A DNA stretch of 64,000 nucleotides, taken from Antedon mediterranea (taxonomy: Eukaryota > Animalia > Echinodermata). The notes beneath the pieces were generated by a model. The model saw only the letters and a list, made by a program, of their open reading frames with translations, searched no databases and had not been told where the DNA came from. This document shows positions 1-12,500 of this stretch, in pieces. The translations under genes were made by a program, and so were the position numbers. The DNA lies in the NCBI RefSeq assembly GCF_964355755.1, contig NC_092675.1, positions 20,060,912 to 20,124,911 on the forward strand, written 5' to 3'. Position 1 is the stretch's first letter, and every line of letters starts with the position of its first letter.

Positions 1-241
1 GGCTGTCATGGTTGCATAACAAATTGCAAGTAGCAATTGTATCTAAAACGCAGTTAACATTTTTATTCGTTTTTAAGGGGCAAAATAAGTAAGTGGCTTT
101 AATAGTAATGGGTGTACAAAAAACTAAAGCTCTACACTATCAATTTAGTTTGAAAGGGTGTACAAAAAACTTTTAAAAAAAGGTTTTCCAGATTCAATAA
201 TTCAATTTAACGGTCTACCATTAACACACTGATTTGGCCTC

Positions 242-393
242 AAGCTCTACACTATCGATTTAGTTTGAAAAAAAGTGTGTCCAAATATAGTAGTGATGTG
301 CCCAAATATGGTAGTGATATGACATCATCATGTCCATATATGGGCACATCACATTTTGTTGTCACATAAAGTTGGATAGTGTAGCCAAAGCTT
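242..393. mobile_element. MITE family A copy (degenerate)
   Basis: CTACACTATC...CCAAATATGGTAGTGATATGACATCATCATGTCC...GATAGTGTAG, shared with many copies in the window. Confidence 0.8.
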
Positions 394-2106
394 GATAGGC
401 CTACACTATTCACACTGAGGAGTAACAGTGTTCACACTGCCTTTGTGTGTTCCTGGACCATCAAAATATAATATGCCTATGTGCATGCATAAGGCTTACT
501 TCTGCAAATTCAATGTTTTAACGGAGACATACTAGTGCATCAGATGTTGTTAGTAATGGTTTATTATCTTTCAAAGAAAACATCAGAAAATCTATTTATG
601 GTTTCTGACTATAAGAGTCAACCACCACCATAATATCCTGATTATGTGCATTATGAGAAATGCCTTTTACGGCTAGGCTCTCAACAATGGATTCAAACTG
701 GGGATTTTTTCTTTGTGGTCCATGGGCTTTTGTATTTTTATTGTATTGTTTTATTATGTATATTAGTTAAAGAGCTTTGTATCTGTATATGTTCATTTGA
801 TTACGAAATAAAGAATAAATGAAATGAATGAATAAAACACAATAAATGTATCATTCATAAAACCATTCACTAAACCATCTTTCAGTCACTACTTACTAAA
901 ATACATCAAGAAGTGAACCTGTTGATATGCTACAATGATGCTCGAGACTTTTATTGTTCCACTTCAAATGTCAACATAAGTGAGCTTCTTTAAGAGATTA
1001 AGAAGAAATTAATAACAAGCTTAGTATATTGCTAGAAGAATTAAAACATCAAAACTTCTATCGATATAATATAAACACCATCGCCCACCTGAGACACGCA
1101 CATCTCGACGCCTCACTTAGGCCTAAAAAACAATGTGAGCCCAAAAGTATATACTACAAAATAGCAACTAAGAAAACCCACCGTATGCTTTCTCCATAAT
1201 GACATTATAAAACTAGTATCATAGGAACATTCTATATGTTATAAATGTCTGTGGTGGTGCCTATATTCCTATTAATATTCAGGTTTGGCTTTTCTAGGAA
1301 TAGATAGTGGGAGTCACATATGATATGTGTGGTTCTGTATCACAGCATTTACCTATAATACTGTAAAATGTATAGATACAGTACCGAGAAGAATTGACTA
1401 GTCAAACTGCCAAACTCGTTAAAAGTCGTGTTTCGTACTCGAAAATACCCACGAAATCTGTATTGTTAATAATATATCTTCAGAAGATTGAAAAACAATC
1501 TTTCTCGCAGATTTTTCTCATCTTCACCTTGTCTACAGACATATATTATTTATCATTACGTGTCTACAAAACAATTAACTTATATTCCCCTAGAGAGCTA
1601 ATAATGTGTTTTATAAGTAACATTTCAAGCGACTTTATTAATGCAGTGCATTTGGCCTGTGGTTGCTCTCATGCGCTAACTATATATTAATAATTAACGA
1701 ACTAGGAATAGATAAATGAGCATTATGTTGTTGAAACAGTTTTTCAATGTGTAACGTAGGCCCACGTGGCACATTAATTAAATCATCGTCTTTACCATTT
1801 TCTTTATTGTAAGAGAGAAAAATGGCATGATAAATTAAATACTAAAAATATCCACCAAATTCTCGTTCGGTTTTTTTCCTAGAGACATTAAAAAGTACTC
1901 ATAGTTTCTTGTTTGTTGACTACGCTTACAACCTTTCTCCCACACTGTTTGGTGGAGCGAGAACGTTTGACAAACAAATTATCTTCAGCATGCTTCAAAC
2001 AATTATTTTAATACATTTTTCATAAGTATAGAAGAAGACAGAAGCGTCGTGTTGATGATACAAAGGGTAATATAAATACAATCAAGTACTCAACAGCAAA
2101 GACTTA

Positions 2107-2256
2107 AACTCTGTCCACACTATCAAACTAGTTTGACAAAAAAAGTGTGATGTGCCCAAATATGGTAGTTATATACCCAAATATGGTAGTAATATGACAT
2201 CATCATGTCCATATATGGGCACATCACATTGTTTTGTCACATAAAGTTTGATAGTG
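2107..2256. mobile_element. MITE family A copy (right end truncated)
   Basis: CTCTGTCCACACTATCAAACTAGTTTGAC...AAGTTTGATAGTG. Confidence 0.85.
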
Positions 2257-2858
2257 CGTGGCCGCGTAATTAGTAATTAGTGTCTTTTTCATCGCATAAA
2301 TCCCCGAGGATTTCTTTCCTAAATCATTAGATCACCATGGGCGTTAGATTTCAATGTTTTTAATTTCGTTGGAGATGCCGTCGTCAATCTTTGTGAAATC
2401 GAATGTGCACTGAAGTGTAACATTATTTATTTTATTGATGTGTCTGGAAGGAGAAAAATAGAAAATGAGATTTTTCATACACCATTTTTACGCAAGAGTT
2501 TGTAGTTTGTGTGTCTAAGTGGGGATGTTAGAGTTCAAATATCAGATATCAGCCCGGGCCACTATAATGGTGTTGTCTTAATGCGTACTCCTCACACAAT
2601 TATATTTTGAATTTAATGTTCTCTATTTTTTATTGTGTGAAACAATAAACCTGAAACTTGAATTGTTTGCCATCTTGTCTTGTCGAGGGCATATAGTGAA
2701 ATAAATAATAAATAAATAACGTACAATGTTGTGGATTAGATATTAATAATAGTACGGATAGTTGTGAATACACTCTCTTACAATTATTAAATCAACATTT
2801 AGAATACACTGTCTTATTCGATTTAACAAGGTGTATAACTGTCGTCTGCTTTTTTCAG

Positions 2859-5061
2859 ATAGGTTTTGAGCGTGTCTTGGAGTTGGAGCGGGGTAAGATG
2901 TTTACAGTTCAGACAGTTTCGACAAAACCTCCGGTTTTCGGTAAGCTTCCAATTAGTGAGTGGTATAGGCCTATATAACTAGATTTAAGCAAATATATAA
3001 CACTTGAATTAAAGCCATAAATATAGACACGGATCCCATGTATTAGTACAATTTGGGGACACATTTCCGTCCGCGGCCAGCTCCACGGAGAAATACGCCA
3101 CCCATCCTTTTCTGTGTAAAATAAAACTACTGGTGCGCACGCCTTGTAAATTGTTTTTGTTGCTTAGTAACTCTAATTATTATTTGACATTTTCGGCTGC
3201 GCTGCTATAGTTAGTCAACTTTGTGTTGAAAATTCCGAGTTCCGTATTTGGTATATGTTTTTAAATCTATTTCAACTATATTTTATTGAGGTTGAACATA
3301 GAGTAGATAGTTATACAAGTTTGAAAATCAATATGTTTTTGTTTTATCATTCAGAAATAAACAATTTTCTTTCGGACTCTGAATGTGATCACATCATGCA
3401 ACTTGCACTTGAAGAAGGTCTTGGCAACAGTACTGTGCTAGAAGACCCCAGAACGCGTTTCATGGGTTCTCATCAAGATGTTGACGTTGAAAAGCCATCG
3501 ATGAAGCTGCAAGACACCATAGACGAAAACATTCTCGCCATGTTTAAGGAGTTCGATTGGAGTCAAGACGGACGTCTTGACACCCGAGAGGTCCTTGATA
3601 TTCTTCCGCCTGATGGAAATGCGTTTATGTCCGTCAATGAGGTGCAGGAGATGTTTTTGGATCTAGGCCTGGACAAAAATGCAGACGGTTATTTGGATTT
3701 TGAAGAATACAAGGTCACATCTGAAGCAAAAATTCGGGATTGGATGCAGATGAAGATGAACTCTGATAAGACAAGAGTTGTCAGAGAAAGCAAACAGGTG
3801 TGGCTGTCCCAGAACGATGCGAATGACCCAGTGTTAAGATCTTTAAGAGAACGTGTTATTGCATTGATACAGCTTCCACGGATACTTATTGAAGGAAGTG
3901 AAATGCTACAGGTTTGTTTAATTTACAAAATACAGCAACAGTAAAGCGCAGTAATACGCCTACATTTTCTATTAGTATTACAGTAATGCTGCATAATATG
4001 TATCATTACATACATAAATAAACTTTTATTTTATTAATATCAAAGGTTTTTTAGTCATTGATTTATTTAAATCTAAATCATAGTCGTTCTTGATTTTTTA
4101 CTTATCTATTATCTAGAAGGGTGGAAGGAGAAAGAAAAAAAAAACATTCACTAAATAAACCTTTTAATCTATTTTTTTATTAAGCCTATCTTACTCAGAA
4201 TTGATTTTATTTTTACTTTGTGCTGCTGTTTTTAAGGTTGTGAAATATAATGTCGGTGGTCACTACCACGCGCATTACGACTCGGAAGAGATTGATCCTG
4301 ATATGCATTGCCATCATTCGGTAATTGAGGAAGAAGATGTCGACGACGTCACTCAAACAACTGATAAGGCTTTCTACCAAGAGCACCGGCTATGCAGGTT
4401 ACAGGCTTATTATTTCTGGCTTTATCAGTAATCATGATTTTCATCATATTTTCATTGTCCCTCTTCCATTACATTGTTATCATGAACATTATTCCTTCAT
4501 CTTTCTTATAAGCAATATTCATGATCATCGTCTTCGTCATCATTAACGTCATTTATCCATCTTATATTAAACATTTCCTTATTTCTTCTTATTTCATACA
4601 ATCACTCATCATCATCATCGTCGTCATCATCATTAACATCGTCGTCATCATCATCATCATCATCACCGTCGTCATCATCACCTTTCCTCATGATCATGAT
4701 CATCATCATCATCTTCATCACCATCACCGTCGTCATCATTATCATCATCATCATCATCATCACCGTCGTCGTCGTCGTCATCATCATTATCATCATCACC
4801 GTCGTCATCATCATCATCATCATCATCATCATCACACCGTCATCATCATCATCACCGTTACCATCATCATCATCATCGTCGTCACCGTCGTCATCATCAT
4901 CATCATCATCATCATCACCGTCATCATCATCATCACCATCACCGTCATCATCATCATCATCATCATCATCGTCATCATCATCATTATCATCATCATCATC
5001 ATCACCATCGTCATCATCATTATCATCATCATCATCATCACCGTTATCATCATCATCACCG

Positions 5062-5094
<33 letters not shown>

Positions 5095-8094
5095 CCGTCA
5101 TCATCATCATAATCATGATTACGTCTAACTTCTACGTCTAGCATGATTATGATCTCTTATTAATTTCACATTCACATTCGTTGTGGAAACCACAATAAAT
5201 GAATCGATTTTAATATGTTTGAATTACTTCATAATGACTTCTTCTCGCATTGTGTGTCGAAGTCTAAAAACATAATGAGATTGTTATAGTAAATATGTAA
5301 CAAAATATCAATTAATATAATTTATAGAAGCCTGACATGACAGTTATCCTGCATACATAATTAATATAAAGCAATGTGGTTGGAATAAATAATCACACGC
5401 GCTTTCGCGCTTTCGTAGTTTTTGTGTACAGACCACCAGCCATTGCGTAGCACTGGTATAAAGCTGAGTCCTCTGCAGCTTGCAGTCTACACATTGACAC
5501 ATAGACAAGAAAACATATTTTCTCGAAGCTATCAATATCATAAATAATATTAAAACGTATATTATTACATAATGTGAAGGAAATGTTCTTTCGTGATAGC
5601 TAACATTTCAACACAACTTTTTTTTACTAAATTTCTAAATAATTAATGATTATTTTTTAATAGATATGTAACAATATTATACTATCTTAACGACGTTGAT
5701 GAGGGAGGACAAACTGCTTTCCCTTTAGCAGGCAATGAAACTATCAACAACGATGTAAGTGTAATTTTTTTTTTTCATCCATTTTTTTTTTCGTTCGTTC
5801 AGTCTGATTTGCGCTATATAACTTTATCTTATTATAGTATTTCTTTTTTGTTTTGTTTCTTTTTTGTTACGATGGATTTAATTTATTATTGGTATTATTT
5901 ATGTATTTGTTTATTAATTACAGATACAGATACAGATTTATTTCATTATTCAATATAAATGGAATTTACAGTGCTCATAAATTGTCTTGGCTTGCTTAAA
6001 ATAAGTATAAGGGAAGAACAAGTACTTGTAACGGTCCATCTGATCTTATGGAAATGCATTTGTCTAAATAAAATATACATTAACATTTTAGTCGGTTAAT
6101 TTATTCTTTGCACAAATTATACATTTTATAATTGACGTTTGAATACCATGGTACAAAATATCAATTGATTCAGCGATATATAATAATACCACATTTATAT
6201 AGCGCCCTTTTCATGAGTAATCATGCTCAAAGGCGCTTTACAAGCATTATCACCCCAGTATTTTTTTGGGATCAAACACGTATGGAAACATACATGTGAC
6301 GTCATGTATTTCTTCCATCTTGGAAAATTAATAAACCTATAACATTACAGCTGAAAATTGCAACAATGATATTACAGAATAAAGGAGGCAAATATAGAGC
6401 AGGTAACATTAAGTAATCCATGAAAAAGATTTACATTTAATCTATTTAAGATTCTTCAGATTAGCACAACCTTGAAATATAACAATACTGTAGGCCTACG
6501 ATGAATGTAATATAATTCGTTCCTTCTGAAAAAAATCATAACTTCTTTCCATAACTTGCGGTAAATGAATTTGCTGTGACAGATTAATGCTTGTGCAGAA
6601 AGACGAGCTATTGTATTAAATTGTTATTACCTCAGTATAGCTATATAGCTTCACCAATGAACTGCAGTAGACAGCAAGAACCAACCCCATTAACAGTAAA
6701 GTTAAATTTGTACAATAGTTGATATGACCAAACCATGTCTCAGTCCGTAAAATCTATAATTTAAATTAATCAATCAAATGAATAGCTTCCAACAAAAACC
6801 AATACAAATCTTTCTTTTTTCTCTTTCGTGGGGGTTACCCACATTTATTCATTCTGTCTATACAACGGTACATTATACAAATACATATATACTATATAAA
6901 CATTTCTGTACAAATATAAAACAGTACAATTCAATAAAATAGTTAAAAACCAATACAAATTTAACGAAAATTTACGCGCGTTGCAAGATTTTACGGAAAG
7001 AAAATGTCTGAATACAGTGAATTAAACCATTTTTTTTTCTTTATAGGAACTAACAGAGAATGGCGATGTTATCTACGATCTGAGTCATCATTGTTATGAT
7101 GCAAAATTACGTGTTGAACCAGTGAAGGGAAAAGCAGTTATGTGGTACAACCATTATCTAGATGAGACAGGTGCATAAGATATTGATTTGTCTACTCACA
7201 TGACATACAATGTAAAGATAACCCGGCCCCTCGAGAAAAAGTATCAACATTGGACTGCATCTCTACATTATTTGGAAGCTATGGCCTTCCTCCGCTTCTC
7301 GTAAAATGTCAATTTTAGAATATTACATTGTGGATGTGAATGCATTGGTGTCATAACAACAATGATGCGCTCGGCTCACACCTCGTCAGTAGAGAAAAAA
7401 AAGGACGACATGGAAAAAAAGTATAAATTTCAAAGCAAGATGGAATGTGTGATCAGTCATTATATACTATTGTTAGATTTGAGATATAACTCAACTTATA
7501 ACACGATCATTGACAATTCCACCTGGCCTTTATACAAGCTAATTTACATGTCAATTTGTATAGACGTGATCTACATTATGTTCTAACACGCCCAGAATGT
7601 ATACAGTATTATTCCTACAATAAAATTAAGAGCATGCATAATGTAAAAGTGATTATATTTTATTATTGTGAGGAATGAGAGAGGAGAAGTGGACAGCCAG
7701 AAAGAGTCCGTTCTATGGCGCATGCAGGCAGACGATAATGTCACAACCATTTCCATTTATTTAGGCCTAAATTAAACGTCGTTTATTCATATTTCTTTCA
7801 GGGTGGCTGGGGGAGATGGACGAGTTTTCTTTACACGGAGGATGTGACGTAAATTCTGGAACTAAATGGATTGCAAATAATTGGATAAATATCGATAATA
7901 ATCGTGAAAAACAAGAACAATATCATACGTATTTATTGAACGAATTTCACAGAAAATCAAATTTGGGTGACGATAAGGATATTAAGAAAGATCATTCTAC
8001 TGAACAAAAAGATGGTATCAAATTTCCAGAAGAAACTAATGCGAACAGTTTGAAAGAACCTACTAATGCATATGTCCAAAATGATGAATTATGA
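2859..8094 (+). CDS. P4HTM: Transmembrane prolyl 4-hydroxylase-like 2OG-Fe(II) dioxygenase with EF-hands (5' exon(s) not identified)
   Basis: In-phase GT-AG exons 2859-2940, 3355-3911, 4237-4397, 5664-5754, 7047-7170, 7802-8094. Peptides [25 protein letters not shown]-hand loops DWSQDGRLD and [16 protein letters not shown] (HxD), [40 protein letters not shown] (distal His and 2OG-binding Lys). C-terminus NDEL. Confidence 0.9.
4605..5118. repeat. Imperfect (CAT)n microsatellite with CGT/CAC variants, intronic in P4HTM
   Basis: About 510 bp of CAT/CGT/CAC triplets; source of the poly-I/H/S/D/M ORFs in the track. Confidence 0.97.
6181..6292 (-). mobile_element. SINE/LINE 3' tail remnant (L2-like tail)
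   Basis: Reverse complement reads CTGGGGTGATAATG...AAAGCGCC...GGCGCTATATAAATG..TATTAT; a related forward copy lies at ~45856-45950. Confidence 0.6.
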
Positions 8095-9532
8095 AGAAGA
8101 TTATAAACATAAATATATTTTAGATATAATTAATATTTAAATTAAAATTAAAATTGGATGGTAATGATTACTCCCCGTTATTAGCATTACGAGGTATATA
8201 CGTAAAGTAGGCCTTTTTAGTTCTCGAACGAAAATCTTGATCTTTCGGAATGTAAATCTGTATATTCACACTTGTTCTTTTTCACGTAGATAAAGCTCTC
8301 TACTTTGACAGATAAATGAATTTGTGAACTACTTAATATATCTATTTGACGGACTATTAATTTAATGTTGGCGTCTAAAATTTTCAATTTTCACTAGGCC
8401 TACACACTCCAATTCTCCAGCACAGATCGTAATATTTTATATTAATAATTATATATTTAAAGCATCTTTGCCTCGTCTGTTTTTAACCTTTCATTACGGC
8501 CTTGGCCTCTGCTTATGCAACAAAAAAAATGAATAAAAAAAAATAAAAACACAACAACTTGTCAATTCAATCGATTTAGGCCTCTGTCCATGTGAAAGTA
8601 AATATGTCAGCTAACGTCATGTTGTCATCAAATTATTTTGTTCATCAGAGCTTTTCATAATACATAAAACTGCAATTGTAATAATAGGAAAAATAAAAAT
8701 AACTTCAAACTACCTATGGGCTTTTGTTAAAGCTGCTTTCTCTGATGTTTTATTTCTGTAATGTGATTATTTTCTAAACCTCAACGACCAATTTCATGCA
8801 ACAATAGAATAAAATTAAACATAACTGTAAAACCAAAATTACCAAGATTCCAAATTATTTCAGTGTTATTGCATACATAAAATTACTATCCTTGGTCAAT
8901 GGGTTGAAAAGGCTAGTTGTCGCCTGAATAAAAAAAAAACACTCAGACAGATTTCATAGAGTAGGATTTGAGCGAATTCACTTAAGCTCCTCCTGTAGTT
9001 GAATTGTATTATTATTAGATATCTGTTGCAGTGGTTTACCGTAATGCATCTTATATTATTTTTATAGGCTTTACTTGCTTTTGAAAATAACATAGTATTG
9101 TGAGTAATAGAATTATGGGGAGGATGCTATTTTGTAAATAATATGATGATGATTTCAATAACTATTTTCGTGTAATAATAATGTGAACTGAATTCATGCT
9201 ATTTTGTTTCCCGATGGGGTGAAAATGAATGGCCTAAAATCCGAAGATCCGCCTTCAGTCTGAAATTTATGTTTGTTAAGCTAGCGCCCTCTATCATTGA
9301 AAAGTTTTCAACTTTTGGTTTGTCACAATCTACGTCACATGAGTCAGGTTCTTGTTTTGCTTTCCTAACAACAAACACGGTGTGTGTGTGTCACCGCGGC
9401 GCAGTGTGAGGTAAACTTTCCGAAGAAGCATGATAATAAACAAAACTGTATCGATGTGTTTCACTATATTTCCAGCATTTTAAAGCCTAGGAATATAAAA
9501 TGGATTAACAGTTAGGATTATTATAACCAGTT

Positions 9533-12500
9533 ATGCCGTTAATATCGTCGGAACAGCCTCGGCCACCTTCAGATCAGGTAAGAAAGAACAGTCAATTTGT
9601 TACGCAACCGGCCGTACCCCTCCAACCTTGAGTGCTTTAGAAACAGTAGATGGGGTGGGCCATGAAGACATTCCTTCTAGACGGGATAGGAGTAGAGGCT
9701 AGGCTAGGAGGTTTCACATGACTACATAAGATGATGAATTAATAACCTTAAGGCTATACCTATTAAACTGTGCTAGGCCTAGTCCAAAAATGTATCATGT
9801 AATGACTAATGTTTACTTGTTTGTTTTCAAATAATTGAAAAATGTAAAACCATGTCAAACAGTATGACTATGTATGAGATAATAATTAATAATGTTATCA
9901 AATTAGACTAACAAAAAGTATTGTTACTTGCGATTTGAACCTTAAGATTTGTGCAACTTGAAATTGCTAAAAGTAAAAGAATTTTGTTGCACAATTTGAG
10001 CACATCTATCCCTGTCTGAATTCACTCTGCACCGATCACGATGTTTAAAATTGTGTGCACAATTATTTGAATTGATTTCAAATTGTGCAAGTTGTAACAA
10101 AATTGCATTACAAGATACAAGATATATTTTTATTGTTATTTAGTACTTTTGAAAATAAAAAAGTGAAATTGTTTTTCCTAATGCTAATGCACTTGTCAAT
10201 TGTATGACTCACTATACGACCCCCGGGAGAGGTGCGTCATGGGTGCGTCATTTACAAATAATTACTGACGCAGGGGTGCGTCAAAAAACCTAGATGGTAC
10301 GTCACATCAATGAACAAGGTGTGTCAATGTCCGTCACTTTACCACCCACCATATCATAAACAACATGGTCACAGTGCGTCAAAATGGGTGCGTCATGGTC
10401 ACCTAAAGGTAAGTCACCTTTTTGACGCACGGGTGCGTCATGGTATTCAAAAGTATGACGCACATCGGACAAATGACGCACCTCTCCCGGGGGTCGTATA
10501 GTGGGTCATACAATTGACAAGTGCATAAAACAAAATGATTTTTTAATTTGTTTTATAAAAATATTGAATGTCATTGTCAAGACATTCTATAAAGAATAAT
10601 AAAAATATCCTTAGACTTTATTTTATGACACGATTAATTAGAATGCATAGAAGAATAAATTACAAAAAATAGAATACAAAATTCTGAATGCATTCTGAAA
10701 GGATTATTAGGCTACAAAGTGCAATTTAAAAAAATGAACATATCTGATTAGTCTGTTTTGCGGATATCTAGCTCAACATCCCTCTAGGAAACTAGTGAGA
10801 AAAGACGATGGTGAATAAAGCTATATGGGTTTGGCGTAGTTCATCAGTATGGTTTGATGGAATTTGTCAGACTATTTTTAAATGTAAAGTTTTGTAATTT
10901 GCAATTCTGTTGTGATCAACTTTAATTTATGTATAAAGAATTGCAATAATGTTTCATATTCCTGTCCCAATGTTAATAATAAATCTAAATCAACATTAAT
11001 TTGCCAGGCCCATTATGATCTGCATTGGACTCACGATTCCATTGTTCAGCTGACACAGATAGTTAATAAACTTTGATTATACATCAAATTTAAACAAGCA
11101 TGAAGTAGTGTGATACAAAGCCAATTGTAACAAAGCTACTGGCTAATTTATTGGATTTTTCTCCAGTTTCATATGTCTGATCTAGTTGCTTAGCAATAAC
11201 ATCAAATATGTTTTTATTTTAGTCTCAGAAATAGGTTATTAAGTACTCAAATTACAGACATTCATTGTTTTTAATCAAAACTGCATTAATATCCTTAAAT
11301 GTCACCAAGCTATTAATAGACTTTTTTTTTATAGAAACACATTTATATATAAGTTATAATGCTGAAATTGCCCATGAATCTTTGGTGTTTTAAAATTAGA
11401 AATTAATTCAAAATATTGTAATCTTTCATCTGTAATTTAGTGAATTTAAATACTATTAACGATTTATTAATTTATTGACACAGTTGGTTGATCTACATGT
11501 GTATGTGGTACCACCTTCAGCGTGGAATGAACAATACCGAAGCGTTTTTAACCAAGCTGTTAACGAAACTATATCTGCCGGATTTGTCAGGTAAATATGG
11601 AAAAAGAAATAAATTAAAATGAAGTCCTTTAGAAAGCTAGTTATAAATCAGTATGCCATTGCCTGCCAATGAATAAATTGTTATTCTATCCTAATAATCA
11701 CTTATCTCCATCAACTACTGTATGCAATCTATTATATTTTATATTGGATCTTTTAGAGTCCATCCTGAAGATCCATTATATAAACTACGTGAAAATGTTG
11801 AAGAGCAACTTGGGAATGATGTCATTCCAGATGAGTATGTTTTTTTACGAAGTGTTGGAAGGTGTTTCACTCAGGTGAGTTATAAAAAATGGCCCTATTA
11901 AGCCCTGCTTAAATTGTTTAAACTATTATGTCTGCAATTTCTGTTAGAAGTCTTGCATACATTTTAAATAATACCACTTTTAAATTAAATGACTTTGATA
12001 TAGTTATAAATCCAATATTTGATATTTTTTTAGTGATCTGCTTATTTGTCAAGTGGGCACAATGTAACCTACAGTTATTTTTGTTGAACGAATAATGATG
12101 GATGGAGCGTGTCCAATCCTATTGTTTCGCAATTTATTCAAGTGCAAACTTGTGAACCATAGTCCAATATTCGTTGATTAACAGTTGAGCACACAATTTT
12201 TTATTTGTTCTTATATCTCAGTCACTAATGTGTTTGAACAGATCTTAAACCAACACTTATGTTTCCTATGTTCGCTGTTTTATCAATGGTAATCATATGT
12301 TGGCTAGGTGATATTAAGTAAATATACTACAGTTTAATACTACAGTAGCTATTGTTTTATTGGTTACCGTTGCCATGGAGGTAATAAAATAAGAATTGTT
12401 CCCCTCTGGGGTGTTACTACAGTACAGGGATACACAAACGCATTATTAAGGCCAGTTTACACAGAAGAGCAGTAACGGTAAGCGGAAAACCGCGTAGCTT

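Noticed and set aside
1394-2070. Candidates for the P4HTM first exon
   Set aside because: No ATG-initiated, phase-0 exon with a hydrophobic segment or P4HTM similarity.
4521-5144. Poly-His/Ile/Ser/Asp/Met ORFs on both strands
   Set aside because: Artefacts of the intronic (CAT)n microsatellite; P4HTM exons join in phase without them.
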